Origin: Nageia nagi
Lineage: Eukaryota > Plantae > Pinophyta
Assembly (NCBI GenBank): GCA_050084985.1
Contig: JBITNC010000001.1
Location: forward strand, 88,164,001 to 88,228,000
Direction of reading: 5' to 3'
Length of the DNA stretch: 64,000 bases
Shown in pieces: positions 1-13,140 of the stretch. The notes beneath the pieces are model-generated. The model was not told the origin of the DNA and ran no database searches. It was given only the letters and a program-made list of their open reading frames with translations. The position numbers and the translations under genes were made by a program. The number at the start of each line of letters is the position of its first letter. The stretch's first letter is position 1.

Positions 1-1752
1 ACACCTTTGATGAGTGGAGCATAGGACATAACTAGTATTTAGGGCATATGTGTTAGACCTATAATATCTCAAAGCCAAAATGCTACTATAGGAGTTTCTT
101 CTCAATGTCCAATAGGATCTTTAGAGTTGAGGAGAGTGGGTCAAGAGGAGAGCCCTTCAGCTTCAGTGAAGATAGTACATCCTACTTAGGTTCCTAATGG
201 TTTTGGTGATCAGGGTGGTGGTGAGAGCAGTTCTTGAGGATTCCCTAAGGATTTATTTGTATTAATTTTGATTATTTAGACATTCTTATGATGGATTTAG
301 ACACTATTATTTATTTGTGATCATGGGGGGCATGATCTAGCATTTTATTTGATGGACATGAGTATTTTTTTGATATACTTAAATGATTATTTTTTATATG
401 ATGATATGATGATGATTGATTGTTTTATATACATACTTTTAATGTTGTGTTTTATACTTATGATGTATGTATGTCTCTAGATTCATAGTTAGATGATTTA
501 AACTTTTGTTATGGATGAAATGTTTACTTACCTTTTTATGATTTTAAATCTTATAATATCTTGATGTATGAAAATGAATAAATGAAAGTTAGTGTAATGT
601 GAAACTATTAGACTTGGATATATTTAATTTATAATAGTACAGAATCAAATATCATCATTTTCCATTTTTTTTGGCTACTTATACAAATGAGATGATGTAT
701 GTAAAATGGTATAAATGATATGAACACACATGACCAAATGTATGAATGTATGGTACAACTATTTATATGTTTAAACATGATGACTTAGTTAACCTACCAA
801 GATTATAATAACAGGATATAAATATTATCAAATGAAGTGAACATATAATAATATAATAAATAAGTGTAATGAGTAATATATTCACACTAAATTTATCAAA
901 TAATATTTTATTTCAATTTCCTCTACCAATAATGATATAAAATAAAGTTATGATACACTTTTAAGTTTATTATGAACTCATGTGTGTGCAATGATATTGA
1001 TTTCCTTCTCTTAACAATTTGCTAATTTAATGTTCTAAGATCATAAGATATATAGTCTTATTTATTTGTGTGAAACATCTAGACATCCATCTCAAAGGGT
1101 GGACATGTTGCCTCTCTATAAGGTATATTTCACTACCAAAAGAGTGTTCATAGCCTCGATGAAGATTAACCCCTAGATCTCATTATAGCCTTAATCTATT
1201 TCCATTCAAGAATCCATATCCCCAATAGAGAATACTATAATTACCCAATAATTCTACTCTTATTTTCTTTTTCTCCCCTACTTTTTTTATCATCTAATCT
1301 TTTTCCTTTTTTTCCTATGTCTTGGGTTTGGGATGAAGCAAAATAATAGGACAAATACTTACTTAAAAGTATGCTCCATGAACATCAAATCTTTGAATGT
1401 TTCGAGATTTATAGTGTGTAAAAGTGTATGAGTTCACAATATTTTAATATTGTATAAGATCATGTTTGTTTATAATCCAAAGTTTTAAAAATCTTACCAA
1501 AATATGTTTTGAAAAAAATGGAATATGAATATCATACCTATAAACTATTCCTTTATTTATATGTATAACTATATGTATGAATGTATATGTAGGGTATTTA
1601 CATATTTATCTTCATAGGTTACTATAATCATCATGTTTCACATTTAATAGTTCCATAATGTTAGAAAAAATGAACAAAGTGAACATAATGGTACAATGAA
1701 AACACATAGGGTAGCATACCCAATAAGCAAAATGCTTCAAAAATAATTTTTT

Positions 1753-1754
<2 letters not shown>

Positions 1755-1827
<73 letters not shown>

Positions 1828-1842
1828 GTGTGTTGTGTGTGT
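1755..1842. repeat. (GT)n microsatellite
   Basis: Long, nearly perfect GT dinucleotide run. Confidence 0.97.
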
Positions 1843-4800
1843 AGTTTTTATATTTTTGATATATTTTTTTAATTTTTAATTTTTTGGGTTTTTGTAATTT
1901 TTAATTTTTGTAATTTTAATCAATATCTTCTATTTGTACATAATGGATTCCTAGCTAATCAAGGGTTTTTCATAGCTCATTATGAGTGATAGGGTGAAAA
2001 TGACAATGAGTATGAATAATATGGTTGACAATCCAATGAGTGGCTTGATGAGTGATAGTTACAGAAAACATGAAATCTCTATATCTATTCATGAAACTTT
2101 GACTAATGCAATACAATTGGGCATGTTCTTATTTAGGAATTTCTAACCTTTTGATCATCACTATTTTTTCATGAAAGTCAAAAGATAATGAAGACATGAA
2201 TCTTGAATTTATCCAAGAGAATCATTTATCGATATTTCTTTTAACTTTTTTAGATTTTCAAGGTTTAAGGACAAACAAGGGAGAAAAATAATATATCAAT
2301 TTTTGATGGTATAAATCTCCCATGAGTTGATTCATCCAATTCATAATTAGGTGTAAAATTCATGGATTTTTAAATACAACCTCTAAAACTCAATCATTGA
2401 AAGTACAATCAAGAATAAGCTTGGGTGTTGCAATAGGCCAATACAAGCATAGTAAATTTATTTTATGTACTTGCTCATAATAATAATAATAACCTTGAAA
2501 ATATGTGACTCTATCTAGAGAAATTTCAAAATTTTCTTCTTTAACAAAAATTTCCAACATCATATGTACTTTAACCATGATGCAAAGCCAATTTTTTTGT
2601 ATGTCAATGGGTAATCAAAGAACATTTTTGCATTTTTGGACAAGTAAACTTAGTGATTTGAGAGATGACTTTATCTTTCAAATATCTATACTTATCAAAT
2701 CAAGGCCTTACCTTATACCTTTTCTTTCTAATGGAACATGCAAATTCTTGATTTTCTTAGCTGTCATTTGTTCAACCTATTCATATGTATTAGTTGATTA
2801 TAAGATTTTTATCCTATTTTAATCATTTACAATATGCACATAAATAATAAAAATAATTCTAACTATAAAGGGATGAAGATGCTTGACATTTATTGGTTAG
2901 TGTTCTTCATTACCTTTAAGTCGATTAAATGATATGCCCCTAATCCAAATTTTCTTTTAACCAAGTGAAGTCCTAACTAATTAGGAGCAAATTTATCTTG
3001 AAGTTATCTTTCCATCCATGAAGTTTGCTAGTTTTCTTTTAATACTAAGTCTCCTATATTAAATTCATGAATATTAACCTTTTTATAAAAGACTCATTTA
3101 ATGTGAATTTGATAGGTACACATGTGTTCTAATGCATTAACTCTTCTTTCATCTATAAGTAACAATTATTCTAATCTTGTTTGACGAGCTACTTCATTAG
3201 CAATATAATCTTCCAAAGTGATTTGTAGAGATGAGATTTCTATTTCTAGAGGTAGCACTTCTTCTACCCCATAAATTAAGGAAAATGGGGTTGCCCTAGT
3301 AGAATTTTGAATACTAGTGCGATAATCCCACAAAGCATATGGAATTCTAACATGTCAATCTCTATGAGAATTATCAACTTTTTAAGTAAAATACTATGAA
3401 TGGTTTTATTAATAGCCTCAGCTTGTCCATTTCCTTGAGGGTAATATGGCATTGAAAAAATTATTTGAATATGATATCCTTTACATAATGCTAATACTTC
3501 CTTATTTTTAAAATTCTTTCCATTGTTAGTGATAATTTGAGCAAGAATCCCAAAACAAAAAATGATATGGTGTTTTATGAATTCTACTATCTTTATTACT
3601 TTTGTTGAAATCATATGCATAACTTCAACCCATATTGTAAATTATTCCATGGATATTATTATAAATTTGTGTCCTCCCAAATAAATAAGTGATATTTGGC
3701 CTATTAATTCTAATGCCCATCTTGAAAATAGCCATAATGATTGCATGGGTTGTAATGCTTATGATGGTTGATTAAATAAATTTGAATTTTTTTTGTATTT
3801 AACATATTTTTGAACATATTCTATGCAATCATGTTCCATGGTGGGCCAATAATATCCCATACGCATTAATCATTTCATTTTTGTAGGACCACTAAAATGT
3901 CCTCCACATATTCCATCATGGGCACATGAAATTGTAATTTGTGAATCCACCCTTTCTAAACATCTGAGTAATATTTCATCAAAACTATCGATATAGGACA
4001 TCTCCTAACATACAAAAATGAGAATTTTTTAATTTAAATGCTTTCCAAGTGACTTTTTTAAATTGATAAGTAGGATTCCATCTCTTAAGAATTTGACTAA
4101 TTGGGTATGCCATAAGTTCTTGTCTTCCATTGTTCTATCAAGAACTCCATGCTCTAATCCATCTTTTTCCAATGAGGATTGAGTAATTTGAAAAATATCA
4201 ATGTGAATAGTTTGTTGATGGGTTTTTTTAGGTATCAAGGATCCAATTGAAGCCATAGCATCAGATAATCTATTGGTTGACCTTGGTGCTACTTTTAAAT
4301 CATATTTTTCAAATGATAGCAACAAATTATCTACCAATTTTTTATATCTTTATAACATAGGTTCTTTACATTGAAATATTCCTTTAAATTGATTCATAAT
4401 TAGCAATGAATCACCAATGAATTTAACTTTCTTTAGTTTTAATTTTATGGTTGTATTTATAGCTAATATTAGGGCTTCATACTTAGCATTGTTATTAGTA
4501 TATGAAAAAATTAGTTTAAAATAATACGGTATAGGAACTCCTTGTGATGTGATGAAAATAACACCTACTCCTCCAATTTCTTTGCATCTTGAGCCACCAA
4601 AATATATCACCATATACCAATCTTATTTAGGATCCATAGAGATTTCCATCTCATGTAATTGAAAAATATGTTCATCTGGTAGTTCAATGATGAGTGGTTT
4701 ATCATCGAATAAGTGTTCTTCTATGAGATAATCAACTATGACTTGAACTTTGATTGACTTTTGACTTATAAATTGCAAGTCAAATTTAGTTAAATGCATG

Positions 4801-7800
4801 ATCCATTTAGATGGTCTTGCATTCTAGTAGGTTTTGTTCATCATATACTTCAAAGGATCTACTTTAGTAATTACATATATAGTATGATTCAACATATAAT
4901 GTCTTAAGTTTTTAGTTACAAAAATCACAACCAAACATAATTTTTTAAAATATACATATTTGATTTCATAGCTAACTAAGATTCAACTAAGGTAATATAT
5001 AGTTTGTTCTTTATTACTTTCATTCTTTTGAGTATGCATAGTTCCTAATGTCAATTCCATAGCGGATGTATATAGTAAGAATGACCCCCCTTGTTTAGGT
5101 GAACCTAAAACTAGAGGTGATAAAAGATAATGTGTTATTTCATCAAATGGTACTTGTTGTTCACTTCCCTAGTGAAATTTAATTCCATTATTTAATAGTT
5201 TATTGGATGGTTTACACTTATCTAATAGATGAGAAATAAAATATCTTATAGCTTGTAACTTACCCTCCAAACTTTGTAATTATTTTATGTTCAATGGGGG
5301 TGATATGTTTATAATTATTTTTATTTTATTTGTATATACTTCAATTCCTCACTTGGAAATAATAAAACATAATAATTTTACTGAAGTTACCCCAAAAACA
5401 ATTTCTTAGGATTTAATCAAATACTATACTTCAGTAATCTATCAAATATTTTAATAAGTACCTTTGTATGGTCTTGTCAAGTTTAAATTTAGCTAATATG
5501 TTATCTAAATAATCTTCTATAATATCATGCATGTAATCATGAAAAATATACATCATCACCCTTTGATAAAGTGTCTCCTACATTTTTTAAGCCAAAGGGA
5601 AAAATCCATCCATAAGAGAGAGCATTTCAAGTCTAGCAATCGAGTCAACCAAATTGCCTATGTTTGGTAGTGGAAATTCATCCTTAGGGCAAGCTTTATT
5701 CAAGTCTCTAAAATCCATGCATATGCAAATTTTTCCATTTGACTTTGTATCAAGTACCATGTTGGAAATCTAGTTAGAATAATCAATGGGATGAATGAAT
5801 TTGGCTTTTAAATATTTTTGTAATTCTTATTTCACCATAAATACTATTTTGGATGCATTTTTTATAATTTTAGTTTGATAGGTTTAACATCTTGTTTAAT
5901 ACCTAAGTTATGTACTACCAAATTAGGATCTAACCCATGACATATCAACATATGACCACACAAATATTTTCTATCTTTCTTTGAGTATGGAAATGAATTC
6001 TTATCTCTCATTTTTAGTTAGCAACTTCTATAGTTGAAAATTTTAGGATTATTAGGATCATCACTCAAATCAATTTCAATAGTTTCTTTGATTAACATAT
6101 GAGACCCTTCTTCCAACTAATTTGGTATCGAAATCCAATTTTTATCATTTATGTTATATTGTTCATTTTCACCTAGATGTTGATTATCTAGAGTGGTGTT
6201 TAGAGTGAAGTATGAGGTTTATATTATGGTATCTATATCTTTAAAGTATTTTATTGTAGGTTATTTCTAAATTAATGTATTTTCAATAGTATATTCATGT
6301 ACCAAAAAATATGATGAAGAACTATTGAAGCTAGTTGGGCCTAATGATTCAAACTCATCACTCTTGTACCATTCAAAAGATACTTTTTTATAAACTTCAT
6401 TGAATATTTCTATGATTTCAACCATGTTAGTTGGTACATAATCAAGAAATAATCTTTATAAAGATAATGTTTCATATCCCACATTATCTTAACTTATTAT
6501 CTCTTTAAATTTTTCATATGGCTTTTCAAACTTTGATATTCCTAGTTCTAATCAATTATCTTACAACAAATTTTTCTTATTTTTATTTTTGTACCCTAAT
6601 CCTATTTTATTAGTGGGTAATTGGTAATAAATATCAATTATATATCTAGGTCCTTATTCATACCATCCTAAGACTTATCCTTTTCATTGATGTCTATCAA
6701 AATATTTTTGGACAAATGACCTCACATAAGGTGATAAATATTCTAATGAGTTACAAAAAATAACCTCATGAGGTTATGGTAAAGGAAAGATAGGTGGCTC
6801 TATAGGACCTTTATAAATAAATAATGTTTGATTTGGGACTTTTCCTAGTGGCACTAATTGTCCTATTACAATAGGATATTCTTTTGGTCTTCCTACTGTT
6901 TGGGTAGAAGGAATATTGAAAATGACATTATCGATTCCAAATTCTCTATACCATAATCTAATAGTTTTATGATCATGGGATAAATATTTATGACTTATTA
7001 TTTTCTTGAAAATCCTCATTTTTTACTGATGTATCCATAGGGGAAGATATTTTAGATGAAGAGGCTTTACTTAACTCATTGAACTTTCATTCCCTTTCTT
7101 CCCATGTACATATTTCTTGAGGCATTGGTTCTATTTTTAATGATAAATTATTACTAATATTTTGAGTATTAGGCAATTCTTGATTAATAATGTGTTCTTC
7201 TTTCAAAGGGTTTAAAGAAGAAATATTTTTACCTATTCCTTTAATCAATGGTTTTTCTGGTAATATTGGTGTTGTAAAGTAATGAGTGGATGGTAGAGCC
7301 ACTTCTTTTGATAGATGTGCATTATTACAATGTGAATAGGGATTTTTATATCTAGGTACATAATGCACCACACCTTTATGAATGTACTTTAGACAATTAT
7401 GATAAGTTGATGGGACACACTACATGTATCTAGTCCAATTTCTCCCTAAGAGGATATTATATTGATTTATGTCTCCTTCACTTACTTGCAACCATTTGCA
7501 CTATTTTAGACCCTACAGTAATAGGTAATGAAATAGATCCCATTATTGAACATAAGGCATCATTAAAGTCTTTTAATTGCAAATTTGGTGCACAAATATG
7601 TGAGAATGGAAGATTCAAATTCTTATAGGTAGTTATTTAGATAATGTTTATTGCTGAACCCTCATCAATTAATATCCTTTTAAAATCCTTTCCATCCACT
7701 TTAGCTATGATATGCAAGGGAGGATCTTGACATGTGTTTCATTTGATTGATTGACTTCATGATAATAGAAAATAATAGTAGGTTTTTGACTTTTAATGTT

Positions 7801-10800
7801 TCCTACAAAAGATATGAAACTTTTAGGATCATTTATATCTAATTCAATGGTTTGTAATACTTCATTCATCACATCCCTACGATTTTTGGATTGTTGTAGT
7901 AATTCAAATAGGGACATTTTTACTTGTAAATTATTCAATTGCTAATGTAAGGCTCCTTTCATTGAAATCTTAAGTGGTTGAGGTCTAGGTATATTGAGTT
8001 GCATAACAACCTCATTTGGTTGATTGTCTAGAATATTATTCTTTCTTTCTTGTACCCTTTGAGCTCTTGTAGTAATGGTTACCATCCCTGCAAAGGTGGA
8101 ATTAACATAACTCTAATTATGCATTACCTAATTTTTAGGGGGATGTAATGACATATTATTAGTCTAATGTGGAGGGAGAAGATTTTGATAAATTCCTAAG
8201 TTTTGATTATGAATAGCTAAGGGATTATCAACTTCCAACTTCCCTTGATCAATTAAGTTTTGGATTTTATGCTACAAATTCCTACACTTATTTGTTTCAT
8301 AACACTTTTGACAATGAAAGTGATAATATTCATTCTCATTATACCATATAATATTTTTAGCATCTAGTTGTTCAAGTTTTATTTTTGGTAATGTAATTAT
8401 TTGATGATCACAAAGTTTCTTTAAGATATCATAAAGAGATTCTGACAAAGGTGTAAATGTTTTTGGTGGTTTAAATTTTTTCCTCACTTTGTGGAGGATT
8501 TGGCTCTACTTTTTGGTGATACAAACTTTTTTAATTGATAATGGTTTATTTATTTTCTCTATTTGTTTTTTATTTTTAACATAAAGCCCTTTTTCTTACC
8601 TTTTATTTCATCATCTTGATTTTGATCTTTTCAATTATAATCACTTGAGAAATAACTTTTGAAGATATTATGTTTTTGGATTAACAAGGTACTAGAATAG
8701 GCCTTAAACAACTTTGACTAAATATTTTTATCAATTTTTTTGAGGTAAAATGTAAGGCATGCTTGTCAAAATTACCCTCCATCTTGAGATGAAATTAGTA
8801 AATGATTCATCATGAAATTATTGTAATCTCATAAGATTAGTGATGGAAGTTTTATTTTGATATTTATCCTAAAATGATACACTAATAAGTTTGCCAATTA
8901 TGCATATAAACAAATATTGTATTATGTTTAGTTATTGTACCAATCCATTGCTTATCCAGGAAGTGTCATAGGAAAAATATGCAACATTAATGCATTATCA
9001 TTAGCAATAACATAAATCAAATATTTAAATTTCCTAAGACATTCTTTAGGATTCTCATTTCCTTTAAATGGCTCAATTTTTGGAATTTCAAATTTGAAAG
9101 GAACTTACTTTATAGGAACACTTAGATGAATTGTTCATTGCAAATGGTTTTGTATAAAACTTTTTTTTACTTTGTAAGCATAACTCTTTTTCAATTTCCA
9201 TCAATATTTTATGAAGACTATCATATTTCTCTGGTTGATTTTGATACAAATGATATTCATCATTTCTATGATCCACTTTTCCTTCATACCTTACAATGGT
9301 TCATATCTTTGTTTAGAGGGTGTTTGAGCTCCATAGTAAACTCCATCATACAGTGGAGAAGGTGGTGGAGGTTGATATGGACATGGTTTTTTTTGCATTT
9401 TTGTAGTGTAGAGTCATAAATTGTAATGTGTTGTGATTGACCCTTATTTCTAAGTGGAAGTAAATGATACTTTTGAAGCTCATCTTATCTCTTTTTAAGT
9501 GAAGTTTCTTTTCTCTTGGCTAAGTAGGGGTCTTGGTATTTATATATCCTTGACCTTGGGGAGATAGGGATCAAGCTCTAGGATTTTTTTTATCATTCCA
9601 TATCATTTGGTTAGGTATATGTTGAATCTAAACATTTTTACTTATTGGATTGTCTTATTGGTAACCTATTTTGATGTATATTGAGTAAGGATGTGGTTGT
9701 AACTAAGGTTGTTGAATGAATTCTATGGGTTTAGTTTTTATTGTACATTTGAATGATTCAAAACCATTTGTTATTATTGTTGTATATTATTTTGAGGTGA
9801 TTTTTCTTTCTTATGTACATAGGGAAGTATTCCTTGCAATTTAAACCTTTTGGATAAAGGGTTTTTCTCACTTCATGTCTTTATATAGGGTTCTTGACTT
9901 GAACAAAGGAGTGGGTTGTATTTGATTTTAAAACATAACAAGGATTATTGTAAACTCTAGAATGATTTCTATATTTTGGTATAGAAGTAGTTGTATGTAT
10001 GGAGATTGAATCATCAAATTCCTCATTTGCCTAGAAATAGTGGAAGGAGTATAGTCATCTCTTCTTAAATATGATTGAACAAAATCCATTAGGAAGATAT
10101 CATGTGGCATGATCATACTTATTCCTAAAAGGGCCTCTTTGAAGTATAGTATCATTGAATGAGTTTGCAAAGGTGGTATATTTCTTAATACTATTTCTTC
10201 TATGCCATCAACTGTTTACATATATTTCGCTAAATAATTTGGATTTAGAGGAAGATTATGAGCATGGGAAGAATATGATATCCTTAATTAGTTTAAAAGT
10301 TGTATAACTATTTCTAATTCATCATCAATAGGATGTAAATAAGTTTGTTTATTTCTTAAGGAGTTTCTCTTCAGAAGTGTTTCTACTAGATCGATGACTT
10401 CTCTGTTCTTCCAAATAGTTTTCATTTTGAGTTCTTGCTATTGATGAGGCATTTGAGAATGAATGTTAACCACTTTACTTTTTTTTTCTTTTGAATTTTT
10501 TCTATCACACTATAAGTAAAATAAAACAAACATCGAACATAGCAATTCTATTTTATCTTTTGGATTTTTATTTGCAAGAAAGCAATTATATCCATAAAAA
10601 ATCCTATTATGTATTTATTTTTTGATATGATTATCTTTTCTAGATTTTTTTTAATATGAGCTATATGAATTGTATATTTTAATCCTATTAGCTTTCCTAA
10701 GTGGTTTTGTCTAGTTAAGTGTTTAAACAAGGTAAGATGGTAATCCTATAGGTAATATATGGCTAAGTATCAAATTTGTACCTAAAATAGTCCCCTTAGT

Positions 10801-11199
10801 GAAATGGGTGTAAGGAATGCCACTAAAAATACCTTGATAATGGAATCCAATCATATCCTCCTTATTTATAATTGTTCGATGGGAAATGATGACTTCTAAC
10901 CTATGAACCTAGTATTCATCTCCAAGTTTTGGATCTACATCTATGTGGTAAGAAAGAAGTATAAGAATCAATGGTTTATCATAACCTCTAACTCATTGAT
11001 TTCATTTAAAATGTATCATGAATATGCATTTAACAAATAAAAAATCTCATGATATACAACTACAACCCAACCCAACATACATGTCCTTTGATTGTGTTTT
11101 GTTTAATTTAAAAAAAATAGTATTTTAGTTAATGAATCTTCATCTAAACATGAGATTCATTACCCTTTTAAGTGTGATTATTTAACCAAATTATATGGA

Positions 11200-11650
11200 T
11201 TTAATTTCCTCCTTTTGAGTTCAAAAGTGTTTATGTGGAGTTTATTCCACCTTCTTACTAGTCACATCTACCTTTGACCTCCTTTTGAAGTGGTAACATA
11301 GACATGTATGAATCCATTAAGTGATTGTAGATTACCTTAAATGAGATTCTTTAACTCTTCTTCAAGTCATAATCCTTGGATCTCCTTTTGAAGTGGTTAA
11401 GGTAGATGGGAAAGAGTATTAATGTGAAGTAAATTTTCACTAAATTAGATTCTTTAACTCCTCTTCGAATCACAATCTTCGAACTCCTTTCAGAGTGGTA
11501 AGGCAAATAAGAAGAGTATTAATGTGAAGGTAAACACTCACCTAATAAATTAACTAATTTAATATGTTCTAGTCTACCTTAAACCCATTAAATTAACCTT
11601 ATATTCAATCCATGATTAATGAAATTTAATTACTCCTTTCAAGTGTGGAA
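11200..11650. repeat. Degenerate ~100-bp tandem repeats in the 5' leader of the Tat element
   Basis: Two clear units (~11343-11445 and ~11446-11545: AGATTCTTTAACTC...CTCCTTT(T/C)..AGTGGT.AGG...AAGAGTATTAATGTGAAG), plus partial CTCCTTT..AAGTG motifs at ~11208, 11279 and 11633. Confidence 0.75.
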
Positions 11651-11787
11651 GTAATTTAGTGAGAGTTTATTACCAACCTTAGTGAAATAAAGTGAGAAAA
11701 GAAAAAGGGTTCATTCACTCTTTTCCTATTGCACCAATTTTGGTCACCTAAGATCATCTTTTGACATAAATGGAGAGCATAAGTGGG

Positions 11788-13140
11788 TGTAATGGAAAAT
11801 TTTAGTTGAGTTTGTTGATACGATCCCTACCCAAAGAAAAAAAGAGATAAATTACATTCATGCAATTCATTTAAAATAAAGTAAAATAATGCATGTTACC
11901 TAAACATTTATCCACCCTTCTGTATCCAATCTAAGTATAGAAATCATAGAAAAGGGGTTTGTTTCTATCTTCCATTTTAGTGCTTAAGTTACGCTTTCAA
12001 AATTGATGAAAGTTAAAATGTATACCCTCTATTTCTGGTCATTGGGACTTCATAATTTAATTCCAAATCTCTAATGTTTAGTGAAAATCATTGGCATTTT
12101 CCTTAAGTCATTTGCGTTTGATTATATAGTACATCGATGTTTTGGAAACATAGAAAGAAAATAAAAAATAAGAGAAAAAAACAAAATAGTAACAATACCA
12201 TAAGACACAAGATACCAGAATAAATGCTAAAACATAGAAAACATCCCCTATGCCTCATTTTTGATGCAGCTTACATTCAAGGTGCCCTCCTTCTAATGGC
12301 AAAATATTTACCCAAAAAGTAACTTTACAAGCATGCAAAATAAGATATGTTACAACCAACAAACTTCTTTATTGCTCTTTGATATAAACCTCAAAATAAT
12401 TACAAAAGCTAAATCCATTTTTATCTATCACCTTGTACAAAGGGATTTTTAGTCAAGAATGATAAAGTCTTCATAGTCCTAATTTTGTCATCTACAAGCT
12501 TGAAGGATTTATCTTTAGAAACCTATAGGAAATATGAATTTCTTTTTCTTCTTCAACTCTTCAAGTTTAACTACTCCACATCTATTATCCCTGCACAAAT
12601 GTAAACAACAAACTCATCAAACAAACCTATCCAAACCATAAATGTAGTATAAATCAACATAAACAAGCATATGAAAAATGGAATTATAATGTACCTAACT
12701 TACCAAAAACCTATACATATTTTGACTGAGTAATCTTGCATTTGAATTCATACCCCTACTTCATAACTAAAGGCTTTTATTTATAGTTTTCAAAAAAAAA
12801 GAAAAGTTTCCACTTTTGGAGATAAAAAGTTGGATAGAAAAGCCTATCCAACTTTTTCATGGTTGTTATCCTAGGTAGGGATGCATAGGATAAATGATGA
12901 CTCATTCATCATCCTTTTCCTTTTTCCCAAGATGTTTATGATGTTGCCTTTTTTATTTTTATTTTACCAACTTCAGAGTCACTAGCATCCAACTATCGGA
13001 TGCCAATGATTGACATGAGTCACCAACATTCATGTTTCAGATGCTAGCATTTGGGATATTATAGTAAAATTTTTAATTTACTTTTAATTTTTCATTCTAC
13101 TTTCATTTATCGAAAAGAGGGTCATTTTTGGGTGTGTAAA
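11788..13140 (-). repeat. Putative 5' LTR of the Tat element
   Basis: The minus-strand start reads T(T)TACACACCCAAAAATGACCC (degenerate TG start) exactly at the junction with host sequence. A candidate ...CCATTACA end lies at 11788. No partner LTR is in the window, so the inner boundary is tentative. Confidence 0.45.

Larger units (their letters stand above)
1..13140 (-). mobile_element. Decayed Ty3/Gypsy LTR retrotransposon, Tat/Ogre-type; 3' end probably lies outside the window
   Basis: Minus-strand domain remnants occur in order: gag (~8650-9300), protease (RILIDEGSAINII ~7640-7680), G-patch-like segment (NKIGLGY ~6590-6720), RT (ICMDFRDLNKACPKDEFPLP ~5660-5730; DYLDNILA ~5490-5515), RNase H (~4700-5100), additional RNase HI (ORF 4350-4613, YFGGSRC...TNNNAKYEAL) and integrase (HDGICGGHF ~3900; ORF 3276-3620, YYPQGNGQAEAINKT). 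Many stops and frameshifts. The right boundary is set where homology to the right arm starts. Confidence 0.9.

Noticed and set aside
1-2850. Possible extra ORFs in the Tat 3' region (1-240 on +; 2390-2822)
   Set aside because: Plausible for Tat elements, but no recognisable motif and too decayed to call.
11200-11650. Spaced repeats as a CRISPR-like array or hammerhead ribozymes
   Set aside because: The context is a plant retroelement leader, the units are degenerate without unique spacers, and I found no CUGANGA/GAAA core.
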